DNA of 60,876 nucleotides, counting the filler, from Basidiobolus ranarum (Eukaryota), in NCBI GenBank assembly GCA_040143965.1. It is 3 parts of 3 records of this genome, joined end to end, with 100 filler letters (N's around TTAATTAATTAA, not from the genome) between each part and the next. Parts side by side here need not be neighbours in the genome. Positions count along the whole stretch, not along the records: positions 1 to 20,312 come from JASJQH010000231.1; 2 more parts are not named here. The stretch is one strand, 5' to 3'. Position 1 is the stretch's first letter; each line of letters opens with the position of its first letter. The notes beneath the pieces were generated by a model. That model was not told the DNA's origin, searched no databases, and saw only the letters and a program-made list of their open reading frames with translations. The position numbers were made by a program, and so were the translations under genes. Positions 1-17,466 of this stretch are shown piece by piece.

Positions 1-11
1 CCTCAACAGCC

Positions 12-2733
12 ATGAACTGTTACAGCGATAAAGAAGGTGAATTATTCATCGAACCAAACCTTTACGAAATTCGAGTCGGATGTCAGTAAGTATCTGTCCC
101 TTGATAATTATCACTTTGCGCCTTCGTAGGTTACTAAGTTCAGTGTTTCAATTCCACGTTATTAGAGAGTTGCCTAAACTTGACTTCCTTTCGGAATCTG
201 ATCCTCAAGTTGTATTGTTCGCAAAGGGTGGTCATAATCAAGAAAGATGGGTCGAGATTGGCCGAACTGAAACTTTGTGGAATGCGCCTAACCCGAAGTT
301 TGCTCAATCTTTCTTACTTGAGTATGAAAGTGATAAAATTCAGTACCTGAGGTATTTACGATACTGTGTGAATTGTTACAGTTAAGGTTATTAAGTATTG
401 TGAAACTTGTATCTACTGTATAGATTCGAAGTATATGACAAAGACTCAGATGTACAAGATATTCACGAAGCAACAATCATCGGTTCCACTGAAATTACCT
501 TCCAGCAAATTAGTATGTTGTAGTAAACTTATGACTGTGGTATTTTAACCGCTTGCTAATTGCCCTTTAATTCTATTATAGTTAGCACACCTACTCTTGT
601 CAAATCCTTAGTAAATCCGAAATTAGGAAACCAAGGGAAATTCGAATTCCTAACCCGAAAAGTCCCATCGTTCAAACATAGACTCACGTCAGTATTAAAT
701 ACATTCGATTACTGACTCAAGTATTTATACTCAACTCGACATAATAGGTTTCAATTCAATGCTAGCGAGCTAGAGAGACAGGTATTTGGATGTGTGGACG
801 CAATTTAGATGTCAATTCTATTAATCAATTCATTTAAGACTATGTTCATGAACAATGATCCGTTTTTCACAGTCAGTGCGCAAAGACATAGTAAGTAACC
901 AACTAGCCAATATATGCATATATATGTACACTTGATGAACCCATGAATTGATTTATAGATGGCGACTGGGTACTCGTATATCGTAGCGAAACATGCAGTT
1001 CCACGCATACTCCTCAATGGGAGGCCTTTGCCGGTAATGTGAATGACAGTAGTCTCATTCAAGCTGAAGCTAAATACAAAGTTTGCAGGGCCATTGTCGA
1101 GATTTACGGATGATGAACATAATGGGAAATTGCTCATTCAAGTATATGACTACCGTCGTAATGGCAGTATGTTTTAAAAACTCTTTCCAGCAAGGAGTTC
1201 CAGCTTATTGATATTTGTGAACTATTTAGGCCATGCTCTAATCGGTGAGATTCAAACTACCATCCAGGGGCTGATTGGAGCCAAAGGAAAGAGATTGGCA
1301 TTGGTAAACGAATTCAAGGAGAATCCCAGTCTTGGATACCTACATATCGCTGAGTTCTCGGTGGAGAGAAAATTCAAGTATGTTACTTCGTTGCTGACGT
1401 TTCGAAGAATATTTGGCTGATGTTTTAACCAGCTTTTACGAATATATCGTTGGTGGGGCTCATATCAATCTGAGCGTGGCCATTGATCTCAGCAGTTCTA
1501 ATGGTAATTGATAATGACGATCTCTTCATACATATTATTTATTGGTACAATGCATTTCTTAGGCGATCCTAAGAATCCTCAATCTCTTCACTACCAAAAC
1601 CCCAGAGAAAGCAATGAATATCAAAAGGCGATTTTGAATTTAGGTGAATTTAATTGAAAGCACTTAACATAGCACGTCCTTTCCTTAACCTCGTATATCC
1701 AGGAAATATTCTGGAAAGATACGATAAAGACAAGCATTTCCCGGTATGTTGAACCCTTGGCTACATTACCATAATATTCCACTAATTCTCGAGCGATCTC
1801 TAGGTGTTCGGTTTTGGTACAAAATCGAATGATATCAATCCTTCCCACTTTGTTACTCTTTCAGAAAAGGTAACTATACTGATTCCGCATCGATGATGAA
1901 GTTAAGTTTTAACCCGATGTATTGAATAGGCTCTTGGAATCAAAGGAATCCTCGATACATATGCCGAAGCTTTCTTGACCGTTCAGCCTTCAGAGCCCAC
2001 CTACTTCGCACAGGTGTTTGTTGATAATGCGCGTTTTTATAATGTATATACTAATATTCAAACTTATTCGGCAAGGTGATTGATGAAGCCTGCAACAGAT
2101 TGGAGTATGAGTTAGCTCAGGCTCGTAGAAACTCCTCCTATATCCAGAACTATCATGCACTTCTAATTATTACTGACGTAAGGATCATTTGTATATAAAT
2201 ATACAAGACACTTGCTGACATCCGTTTCATAGGGGAGGATCGACGATATGGAGAAGACAATTGCTTCCATTATCCGCGCTTCTGAGCTTCCGTTAAGTAT
2301 TATTATTGCTGGTGTAGGAGTAAATGATTTTTCAAACATGGAGATGCTAGACTCGGACGAAAAGCTATTATCGGTAAGGGTTCAATCCGTTTTGGTATCC
2401 ACATGAAGCATCCACTTATCTATTCCATACATACAGCTCAATGGCAAAACAGCCAAAAGGTAATGTTACAGTTGTGCTTTGATTGGAAGCCCTTTTCCTT
2501 ATAACCGTTTGTGAACAGAGATATTGTCCAGTTTGTTCCGCTGCATGAATTCCAGGGCCTGAACTCTCATAGACTCACTAGAGCTGTAAGTTAGTCTTAA
2601 TATGTTGCGACGTTTCATTTGGAGTTAACATGATTCTTGGAATACGCTCAAGGTTCTTACTGAGATCCCTGATCAATTCATGGAGTACATGAACAATCAA
2701 CAGATACCACCGCCAAAGCAGAGAATGCATTAA
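12..2733 (+). CDS. Copine (two C2 domains + vWA domain), many short exons; an upstream exon outside the window is possible
   Basis: Spliced exons give LDFLSESDPQVVLF..EIGRTETLWNAPNPKF (C2A), LLIQVYDY..LIGEIQTT (C2B), VAIDLSSSNGDPKNPQSLHY, LLIITDGRIDD, SELPLSIIIAGVG, RDIVQFVP, EIPDQFMEYM (copine vWA); TAA at 2731-2733. Confidence 0.92.
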
Positions 2734-3178
2734 CTTACTTTGAGTTATTGTTTAAGCCATGTACCTTTGTTAGGGCGACAAGTTGATGCCATAATATTCT
2801 TCATCACTACTGTATTACTTCTCGTAACATCACAATACTACTCTGAATATAACCCTGGTGTTACCGGATACAAATATCCGAATAAACCGATCTACAAAAG
2901 ATCTCATCAGACGATTCTCCAAAAACCGTGCATAATAGTGAGCGATGGGGTATTCACGAAGCGGACTTTTATATGGTTATACGCAAAATTGATTCAATGA
3001 TATGTATATTTATGCTAAATACAAGGTTGGAGGTAATGTCGGTGATTGTTTAACAAAGTACCGGTTGGCAATTCATATTAATGAAGCAAACAGGCAAGCA
3101 CGTTCGTTGGTACAGATTGTCGATGTCTTTCGCAAGTAGACTTGAGAGCAAGGCAAGGAATCCGACCAACTTGCTCCT

Positions 3179-3424
3179 TTACAGTAGTATATCTTGAAGT
3201 GTGGTTTCCCAATCTATAGAATCATCCGCTTGTTCCAGTACTTGGACCCCGATGATTCGCATCTTTTGAACTGTGAGAACAGGTTGAGGTGGATGAGGGT
3301 CTGTGGAGAGTGGCTCCATCAAGAACAATGTAACATGTACAAGAGACAGGCCTAGCAAGATACAGAGGCATATAAATACTCGAATTGTATTATCTGACAT
3401 TTGATTGAATTTGGTGGCAGACAT
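3179..3424 (-). CDS. Putative small single-pass membrane or secreted protein (81 aa), unknown function
   Basis: ORF with a hydrophobic stretch VFICLCILLGLSLVHVTLFLM, ccacaATG start context, pyrimidine-rich leader and TTTATAAG about 70 nt upstream; no family recognised. Confidence 0.4.
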   Translation of the reverse strand: MSATKFNQMSDNTIRVFICLCILLGLSLVHVTLFLMEPLSTDPHPPQPVLTVQKMRIIGVQVLEQADDSIDWETTLQDILL

Positions 3425-6400
3425 TGTGGAAGAGAAGATTGGTATTAGACGGGGATTAAGAATGACAATTAGATAGGATAGTGGCGCCAGACGGCCTTAT
3501 AAATGCAGGAAAGAGCCAAATAAAGAAAGGAAGATTTTTATATTATTTAGTCACTTAAACCTGATCAACTATCAGTAACTGGAGGAGAATGCAAGATATG
3601 AGGAGTGAATCAACCACTAGACATGAGTGGAAAAGCTGACATTTCTGCATTTGAAACAGTGGAATGATCCTAGTTATATTAGTAGTCCATGATTCCCAAT
3701 GTCGTAAGAGTGATGATGCCTGGACAGAAACATCCTTTTACCTTCAGAATAATTATCCGGCCTATCCGATTTCAGTGGTATTCGGGAGATTGAATAGTGT
3801 TTCAAGTGATCATCATGGAGACCCCACACTGAATCATACCCTACATCGAAAATAAACAATCCATTAGATCTGGGGCATCCTGTCATTAGCAACGAGAGCG
3901 AAGTTAAGACAACACACTTTAGCATCTGGGCCAGTGATTAGTCAAGGATGCAAAGGTTGATACGATCTTTGGATGCTGGGGCGTGGACATGAAAACAATA
4001 TGGGTTGCTATGAATAAGCACATCGTAGTGCCTCTCCTCTTAACCAATTGATACATGGTAAACAGCGGGGTTCAGCCAATTATTAGTTGGTCCTGTTGCA
4101 AAGCTTACTAGATGCAATCAACGTGACTAGTTGACGATCTGGGCGATGAGTTGTCTTTCGTGGTAGGCGGATGTCGGTTTCGTTGCAGTAACAATCAGCG
4201 TCATCCGGTTGATCGTATCTATATCCAAGGTCTATATGGTGATATCAGTTGATTCATCCTTCCCGTAGCAGCATGATAGATGTGGGGAGATCAAACACCA
4301 TATCCGTGTGAAGCTTGGATCCTTCAGGTAATTTTATCAACAAGGATCCAAATCCAAATCGATGTGGTTAGAGGTGCCACTGTTTAACCTCACTAGCAAG
4401 AGGGGATCTTTGATGGGTGAGGATGCCGGGATTGGTAAAGCAATGAGTAGCGTTGTGCAGTGATCCCTTCTTGCCCCTATCCATAGAGTATCTATTGGCC
4501 TATAAATTCGCTTGCCCAATTGCTCGAATTACAAGTGATCACCCCCACAACAACATCAACCAATGGATATATAGTCCCGCTTGTGGTAGCCATTTACAGT
4601 CCTCTTCTAAAGAGGGTTGTTTCCAAACCTGTCTTGGAGCGTATTTCTCCAAATGTCTGGCTATATTAGCGAGTTACTCTCCCTCTTTGGAAAGTCACGT
4701 ACATACATACAACTACGGCAAACATAGGATCATGTGTGCTGAGTTTTCATTTAGAAATCATAAATTTGCAATATTAATTTAATTTCATCGTCCATGCTTT
4801 GGTTGGTAAATATAGGAAATATTGGTATGAACGATATAGCACTGGTTGGTTTCAGACATTTAGGACAATGTCAGGCAAGGCCGCTCTTGTAATACGTGTC
4901 AAAGTAAACCGGTACCTCATGTCAGAAATTTAACTTCAACAAGTGGGAACATCAATCCGTGAGATTTTACCATGTGAACGTCAAAGCTCTTGAGATGGAG
5001 TGAATATAATGCAGGGCATAGTTTGTCTCCAATGCTAATTACTCGCAGAAACATAGTGGTCATAACCCACCGCTTGGTATTATCTTTGAGATGGAGTGTT
5101 TGGGTATTTGCAATTAGCAGATAGGTACAAGCTAGGGAGATTCGCCTGTGTTTAAGCTTCAACCAAGTGGTGTTGTGATCTAGCCTATCATTCATCGTGT
5201 CTGGCAGCTGCACTATATGAATATATTCACTCAACAACCTTCACCAGAAAGAGCCATTATTAGTAGGGTCAATTTGATATTCCGCTAATTATAGTATATA
5301 TATCATGTTGAAGTAGGATCCTCCAATCCAAACAGTGATCATGTTATAGTCAAATGTGTATTTCTAGTTACTCCCTGAATTGGCAAATTCAAGCACGACC
5401 ATCTGAGTTAATTTGATGCTCGTCAACTCTCCCTTAGGTAATTATATGTATAAGGAGACCAAAGCGACGACCATATATCCGCCTATTAGCAAACTCATAT
5501 AGCTTTGAAACCAACACATAAACCTCTTAAATCGCTTCGATTGCAATATTCATTAACAGGCTTCAATATTATTAGACTTTGTTTCATGTGAAAGCTAGAT
5601 TAAATCTATATGAAGCGTTTTTACATTGCAACCTCAGACCTAGTTTAAGCATAAATGCCAACGCCTTCATAAAATTAACAAGTATGTATTGCTTTAGGAT
5701 TCGGTCCGACTTGCCTGGATAAACAAGTGCTCAAATCAATGTATCACTTGCCTGTCTACCTATTAATCGGAATTCTAGACAAACTGCAAAATACAGATTG
5801 AGTCAGGCTGATATGTCTCCCTTAGTACAATTGCTTTCCGGACGTAAACTGGTTATTGAAGCAGGAGACTCCGTTGCCTTTATGAAGAATAATTGGACTT
5901 ACGGCTGCATTAAACTATGGTATCGCTGGAGGCCTTGTACATTCAGCCATCGTTTACAGATATATACTGAAGGTTATTCCGCTCGGGGTATTTGTAAATA
6001 TCTAAAGTTTTGAAACCTCGCATAAAGTTGAGGCCAACCGCATCTCAAACCTGTTATTTCGCTTCTAGATAGGATAAAGAATATATTAAAATCATCGGCC
6101 TTAAGATCTCTACTCTAGTAACCTTTCCAGAGTTCATAGCGATGGAGTAGTTCAACCTTGCAAATCCACTCGCAAGATTAATCTCCACTTTATCTGAGTG
6201 TGCTAAAAAAGTAGGATCAAATTCAGAGGTATCCTTATAAATGCTATATACTTCAATTGCTCTAAATATTACTGTATTGCAAAGATACAAGTGACATCTT
6301 TCCTCCACCGCTCACAACCATTCACGTATCATATTCTTAAGATAAATGTCGAAAGTCAAAACAAATAGTAAAAATGGCCGATGCCTATCGTAATTCATTA

Positions 6401-6465
6401 TTTTTTTTTGCGATAGGAATTTTATGAACAGAAAGCCAGAAAGTATTTTCAAACGACTCAAAAGG

Positions 6466-6997
6466 TTATTGTTTCAAGACGTGTGCGTTCGGTTGTAAAC
6501 ATTGCTCTTCGAAGCCTGTCAAATGAAGTATTTGAATCCCGTTTTTCTCGAGCTCCATAGCACCTGTACAATCCTCTACAAATTTAGGCGGCTCCAAAAC
6601 ACCCATCACTACTCGCTTAATTTTGGCCTCGATTAAACGTTCACAACAAGGTTTATTCCCAGAAAGACGAAGGCTACATGGCTCCATGGTAGTGTACATC
6701 ACTGCATCTATAGCTTCTTCTGGATTCGAAAGTTTTAAAAGACAGCATTCTTCAGCATGAGTATTTCCGGGCAATTCCCTGGAATAACCTTGGCTAAGAA
6801 TCTTTCCATCTTTGACCAATACAGCACCAACACAGTATGCTGTGTCAACCGGGATCGAAAGATTGGCCTGCTCAATTGCTTTCTTTAGAAACACAACATC
6901 ATCAGTAGTTTCCGAATCTGTTGAGAGCAAGAAAATGTTAAAAGAAAGTAGGTCGGTTTGTACGTAATTCTTATTTACCTGATCTTGTAGTATTCAT
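6466..6997 (-). CDS. Zn-dependent CMP/dCMP-type deaminase, Rib2-like (riboflavin-pathway DRAP deaminase domain), 2 exons
   Basis: Motifs YCVGAVLV, SRELPGNTHAEECCL, YTTMEPCSLRLSGNKPC; exon 1 6997-6979 (MNTTRS), GT-AG intron 6978-6918. Confidence 0.85.
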
Positions 6998-7346
6998 AGA
7001 GTATTGATTATAGGACTTCACGTAAGCTTGGCAAATAATAGCAATTTGTTCCACCTAACTATTCAGGGAATTTATTTTTATGCAGTAGTGCCAAAATCTT
7101 GGGTACACAAGTAACTCTAGATTTCCTAAAGGACTTCATGATCCATGTTGTGTTGGAATTGAATTATCACACAAGTGATCCCAATCAATAATTAGACCGA
7201 TTGACTGGCTTTTAGACGAGTACCAATAAAACAGATAATCTGGATACAGATTTAGGTTGAATCTACTGTGTACAAATCGGTTTATTTAGTTCATTTTGAG
7301 GAGCTCAAGCCTTTACTTTGCTTATCCCTTGTATGTCACTTGACAG

Positions 7347-9043
<1,697 letters not shown>

Positions 9044-9481
9044 CTTCATTATTGACGTGACATCTCTTGAAACTACTGAAAGCATGCGAATGGAGTGCTC
9101 CAGTATTTATTGACTTTAAGACATAGACTTCCATTATTCTCCCTTCTTTTAAAGGCCCACTCTTCCTCGCAAAAACGATCATTTCATTGAAGTAGGAAGG
9201 ATGAAGTTACACTTCTTTATTTTAACAATTATTTAATGGAACGCATAAAATAAATTGTGTTGAAAAGAAAGAGTAAGATGAAGAGATGGTGCGAATGTTT
9301 AGATTATAATCGATCAAGCCGAAGCTTCAATTTTGTCTAAAGAATGGAAAGAAAATGTTACATTGGTTGCTAATGTTGCCGAAAAAGTAAACGATAAACT
9401 GTTGATAGAGATTAGAGTGAGCATATTCTACTTGGAATTCCAGAGAGTTTTTAATGATTCTCGTAATCTGCTCCAATCTAG

Positions 9482-11304
9482 TCATTTCTTTTTCGAGCTG
9501 TCAGAATTGGGGGTATCATCGGTAGACTCCTTCGCAGGCCCGGTGGAACTAGTACCAAATGGACGTCCTTTGTCTTCCTGTTCACGTACAAACTCCTCAA
9601 TCAATTCGCGTTGGTGAGGCGTGATGGATCTATTAGATACGTATGTTAGTAACGCTACTTTCATTTTAATAGATCACTACAGCCATGTCAATGCGAAAAG
9701 AAAACCTTACCTTGGAATCTCTACTTTGAGTTTGACATATTGATCACCATGTGCGTTCTTGTTAAGCTTCTTGATACCTCTGTTTCTTAAAATACTAACG
9801 TCCTCTGGCTGGGTACCGACTGGGATTTTAAGTTCAACATCGCCATCCAAAGTAGGTACTCGAATACTACCACCGAGAATAGCGGTATGCAACGGAACTT
9901 TGGCATCAATAAAAACGTTTGGTCCCTCGCGTCGGAATATACTGGATGGCTTGACCCGGAGTCTTACGAACAGATCACCAGCCGTACCCTTACCAGACAC
10001 TGGCATATCACCTTCGTTAGACAACCGAATTTTAACTCCTTCATCTACACCAGCCGGAATATTTACGTTGACAGTCTTAGGTTTCTTAACTCTACCGACA
10101 CCATTACAGGTAGGACATTGACTACCAGGTGGAATATTTTTACCAGTACCGGAACAAGAGTTACAGGTGCTCGCAATCATTCCAATCCCAATAGAATAAG
10201 TGGTCTGGCCAGTACCACCACATACTTTACAGGTTTCCTTCTTCTTACCACTCTTTAATCCCTCACCATGGCAAGGGTCACAAATACTGATCGGAGAGAT
10301 CGTGATTCGCTTGGTAACACCTTTAACGGCTTCCAAAAAGTCAATGGCCAAGTTGACCTGAACATCGTCACCAACTGTGAACTGATTAGCAGGATTACTT
10401 CTTCTACCAAATCCGCCACCAAACATTTGACTAAATATATCATCAGCATTAAAACCGCCAGGGAAACCACCACCACCAGGAAATCCGCCAGCACCTGGAG
10501 GTGCATTACCATTGAATGCAGCATGACCATATTGATCGTAAGCTGCACGTTTTTGCTCATCTGACAAAACCTATATTTACAATAGATTAAGGCATGAGTG
10601 ATAAGCTAATAGAATCGATTACCTAAACAAACTGTACCTCATAAGCCTCCTGTATTTTGACGAACTTTTCCTGGGCTGCTTTGTCTTTATTGGTATCAGG
10701 GTGATATTTTTTAGCAAGCTGAAAGAAAACAAAGTTCAAAAAAAATGGTGAGGTTAACTAACAATCCATCAAATTTCAAGAAGACTATAAATACCTTATA
10801 GTAAGCTTTCTTAATATCAGGCTGAGAAGCATTACGGGTTACACCGAGAAGCTCATACGCATCTTCTTTCATTTCCTGATTTGGAGCTATATAAAAACGT
10901 ACGTGTAAGTGATAATAGAAAACAGCAACCTTTGATAAGTATCGTACCGGTACTATGAAAATAACTCTGAAAATTGGTTAGAATATTGCATAATAAGCAT
11001 TGAACAGCATAGCATTAATTTTACCTTCTGATTAGCTATGTTAGGAATAGTACCAAAAGTAGAGGTAGCTTCTATTTCAGTAAGGATAGATTTGAACCGA
11101 AGTTTGTTAAAAATCGAAGTGAAGAATCTGCAAGTGAAACAATTAATTACCTCGAAGCATGGTTGCATTGATGGGTAAGCGTCTATTAGTAGGAACACTG
11201 GAACTGAGAATCGATAAACCTCTACTCGATAAACGGATGCATGTTTTAGTTTTGCGTGCACAAAACTGAGTAATGACTGGGAAAGTTGACTGAATTGAAT
11301 GCAT
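9482..11304 (-). CDS. MDJ1: Mitochondrial type I DnaJ co-chaperone, multi-exon
   Basis: Arg/Ser-rich presequence [10 protein letters not shown]..; J domain with KYHPD; G/F-rich region; four CxxCxGxG repeats; DnaJ C-terminal domain. Confidence 0.9.
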
Positions 11305-13177
11305 TCTGAAGGAGTTTTTCTAGTGTCTATCTATCACAATATTTAGTGGAAGTCCACTGTTGAGAACCTAGTTTCGAAAAATCGGTTTACGAACCGAAAT
11401 ATTAATAGTTACAAATATCGCCAGTATTTTATCTTTCTCCGCAGCTCTCGCACCCCCACGCTTGAATATTGTTGGCGATTTCGGTGAGCCAAAAAAAAAC
11501 TGTACCTTGAAATTTTAGGGTCTTTTCCACGATTTTCCAATCTAATCCTTGAGTAGATAAATCATAGAACAATTTGGACATCTAGTCTGCAGATTTCCAT
11601 CATTCCCTTTTTCGTAACAATCCATGAGCAGAGTTGCTTTTCACCAAGTTAATGATTATCTTGTATATCTAAAATCACGATTCGGTTGGGTTGGGGTTGG
11701 GGTTAGGGTATATTCGATTTGATCTGAGTCGACCATCTAAGTGTAGATGACTGTGGTGTAGTCTCTACTGAATTCTTAACAAGAGATTTTTGCCTGATGC
11801 TTATATAGAAGTGGTTGAGTATTTTTATTCAATATTTCTTGCTATTTTCAAGAGATTTGTTGTGTATCGCAAACATCGCTTGAAATCAGGTATCTTTTTG
11901 GTTACGTAGTTGCTCTACTATCTCATCAGCAAGACCTCAATATATCTGGCATTACTCAGTAGAAAACTACATTGAAATAGAGAGAAATCCAACTCAACTA
12001 GGATACATTTTAATTCACCAATTATACGGTACCTTCTTATGTAAGGTGAGTATCTCAAGTTTCTAAAAACAACAAGAATCTTCGATAAATGAAGCTATGA
12101 AGTGAGTGCAAATGAAATAACTTTCGAGGAATTCCACGTTGTTTTACAAACCTAAAAGAAAAACAGGTTCTCATGGCAAACTCGTGCATTTGACCATACC
12201 TAATACGCTGATTGCGGTTCGTAAAGATCATTCTTAGACTTTCGGTGAGAATTATATAATGCTTACACATAATGGCTCCTCAAGCTGAACTTTTAACAAA
12301 GGCTTTATAATAAAGATTCGAATGTATGGAGAAACGCCAAGCAATATGCACTCTCTACTTCCGTTAATAAGAAACACTTGGAGGGGTAGATTATTGGATC
12401 GTGGCACATAGATCTGTGTCTGAAGTGGTATTCGATACTTGACAAAGCGTATCTAACTGCATATACTCATACTTGAGGATAACACAGTCAATATAGATGG
12501 AAATACAACCATAATACTTATAGGTTTCTGTGGGTAGCAAACTAAAAACACCTCAACAGTCATATACAAGCTTCCAGTGATGACCTGTCCTGTATATCTT
12601 GCCCACACCTAACTAAATCTAGTCTCTTTCGCGCACATAGAGCCACGACGAACTAACACTTAGGTGAAACGCTCATTGGATCCAGACTCTTTCATGTAAC
12701 AACTCAGATGATCGCAACTGAATATTCGCCAACATTACGTTATGTTAACTAAATATATGCAGATGGGGTTCGTGGGGTTAACGTTCGATTTGATGCCATG
12801 TGATAGGCGAAAACACACCATACATATAGGGACTGGGTACTGGATTTCCAAACATAGATGGACCACAGGAAGATCTACACAAAAAAAAAGAAGAAAAAAA
12901 AAGAAATATAAAAATCGCTTCCTAAATGGCCAATCATCGAAGATTATATGCCACTATTCGATTAAATTGGTAAAACATCCCTTATTTGTATTCTCAAATA
13001 TATTCTAATCAATTTTCATAGTTATTTTATTTATCCAGAAACAGATGATTTGGTTGCAAAAAAAAGTGATATGGGAGCGGGGATAAACTAGGTGCGAAAT
13101 TTGTTATTGGAATTGCGCTTAAGCTTCTAGTTTCAACTTCTTTAGTGGAGCCGGCTCATTTACTTTCTCTGCCTTGA

Positions 13178-15368
<2,191 letters not shown>

Positions 15369-16016
15369 GTACACCGCCTGCGCTTCATAGTTATTCTCAC
15401 CAGTCTTCGATAATCGACTAATGATTGTGGATTTTGATTTTACCATCTCATTATTGCTTTTGTTCACTTTTAATACCGCCTTTATATACTCTCTTTCCTT
15501 CGTGTACGCTATTACTTATCTTTTTATTTTATTTCAATTCATTCATTTAGTGAGCGAAATCTATTAAAGTAAACATAGAATCAGTCATAATGACATTTAA
15601 TATGATGGTAGTGTGGGCAAATGTGTTGTACAGATGTAACTGATCATCTCACTATTCGCTAGAATAAGTGTGATTTACCTAATTATTCTTCAAGACCGTT
15701 CTAACTCTCTCAAGGACTAACCTCTGCTATACACCTACTACTTTTGGGGTGTTTTTACTGAACAAAAATTTACCAATATCATTAATATGCATAACGCGAC
15801 ATTTTTTAGCCATTACTTATTTTTTAGCCTTACTTTTTAACCCTTATTTTGGAGTTATTTTCCACTCTTTGGTATAAAAGCCACATACTATTTCCACCTA
15901 GACGTATGTTAATTAAGCAAAAAACTACTAAGGCAACTTTTCGCAATTTCAACAAAATACGTACTTTTTCTACTAATATACTTGTTTTAAGAACTCCTTT
16001 TAAAAATGTTCTGATC

Positions 16017-16268
16017 TTAGGTACCCCCTACCCCTGCTCCCACCCGCCCTAATTTTTGCAGCGGTTCTTCAAGCAACTCGTCGAGGGTGTGTTTCATCTC
16101 ATAACAGCCAAAAACGTGATCATCGCTATATATCGCCTCCTTACCGCTATCACAACATTTCCTGGTTACTTTATCATCAGCTGCTTGAGGTAATGTGTCA
16201 AAAACGCCTACAGAGAGGGAGTCTCTGGCAAGTTGTTCAAAGTTCATAGCTATTGTTGTATTTTTCAT
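16017..16268 (-). CDS. Possible small hypothetical protein (83 aa)
   Basis: ATG-initiated ORF, more GC-rich than its flanks, with an AT-rich TATA-like tract near 16370; no family recognised. Confidence 0.25.
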   Translation of the reverse strand: MKNTTIAMNFEQLARDSLSVGVFDTLPQAADDKVTRKCCDSGKEAIYSDDHVFGCYEMKHTLDELLEEPLQKLGRVGAGVGGT

Positions 16269-17118
16269 TAATGTATAATGTATTCAAATGTTGCATTTCG
16301 CAATGTGTCAATATTGACACTGGAGTTTTAGATATAGTTGTCATAAAATAATTATTTTATAAACGATATTTATATAATATATATTATGTAATGACATATC
16401 GTACACGTGATGACTAGTGATTAGTCTCCCATTCTAGGAATATTACCTTGTCCCATCTATTTTCTCTGTCTTTGTTTAACTGGGTCGCAGTGATAGAGGT
16501 TAGATCAATAAACTGCGAGGAACTCAACTGTAACAATAGAAACATATTTTTGTACATGTCAAATATCCACAAACCAAGTTGACTTTGAAGTTAATTTGAA
16601 ATTATAAGATAGCATTGTTCTGTAGATATTTGTAACAAAATCCTATTGTTTTTTTGTTATTGGACTTCTCACTCAAGTCCAATATTATCACTTCAATTTT
16701 TCTCTGTCAACCTCTAATTTCACAATATTCATTACATAAAATTGGTGCTATGCAAAGATTGGTCACATATAGCAACTGGTGAAGTAGTTCATTTGAAAAT
16801 TCAGAAATTTTGATTGCTAACTTTTCATGCTTCTTGAAACTTCTAGGCATTTCAAGGGTAGAAATCTAAATATAGATACCAAAAATATATCATAAAACTT
16901 GAAAACAGTGCTCCAAATACTTTTCTTTTAATAATTCCAAATACTGTAAATTTCATTCAAAAAACGATCAAAGTGTATAGCCTTTTCCTATCGATCAGAG
17001 CCCAAACTTTGTAGTTGGAAATAATTTCTGCAGTCCAAAACCATTTAAGGGGCTATAACTTTGAGAAAAAATAGAGAGATTGAATTATGTTTGTAACCTT
17101 GTAAAGTGAATTAGAGAG

Positions 17119-17466
17119 TGGTAAAGTATTTGTGAGCCTGTTGGAAGTGGTTTGGAGAATTAGAGAAATTGGTGGTTTTCACTTGTTGATTTATTGAGTA
17201 GAAAGTTGACATTTGTAGTTTTGTCAAGATGTAAGCAAACTAACGTATAGAATATGTTAAGAAAGGTCTCAAAAACACGTGTGCAAAGTTTGGAGCTTCT
17301 AGCACAAGTTATCAAAATCTATATATCTGAGAACATCTAAGTTGGTGTCAATATTCTAAGTAAATTCCTCATGAGAATAATGAATAATATCTTAGTTCAA
17401 TATAAGATAACTAAGTACTAAGCTATATATGACTATATAGGTGTTTAGGCAAAGCTAATTTCAACA
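17119..17466 (-). mobile_element. Solo LTR of a Ty1/copia family (about 348 bp)
   Basis: TG...CA ends, closely similar to the LTRs at 39646-39992 and 59989-60333; flanks GAGAG/TAGAG form a 4/5 target-site duplication. Confidence 0.85.

Noticed and set aside
3664-6308. Scattered 60-110 aa ORFs between copine and the deaminase
   Set aside because: Many have non-ATG starts, composition looks random, and there are no motifs or consistent splice structure.
9759-10564. Several plus-strand ORFs overlapping MDJ1, and similar ones over PHO8, the PPR gene and the aminopeptidase
   Set aside because: Antisense or alternate-frame by-products of real coding sequence.
11900-12520. Minus-strand run of GT..AG intron-like segments between MDJ1 and the USP gene
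   Set aside because: I could not assemble a phase-consistent reading frame or a recognisable protein.
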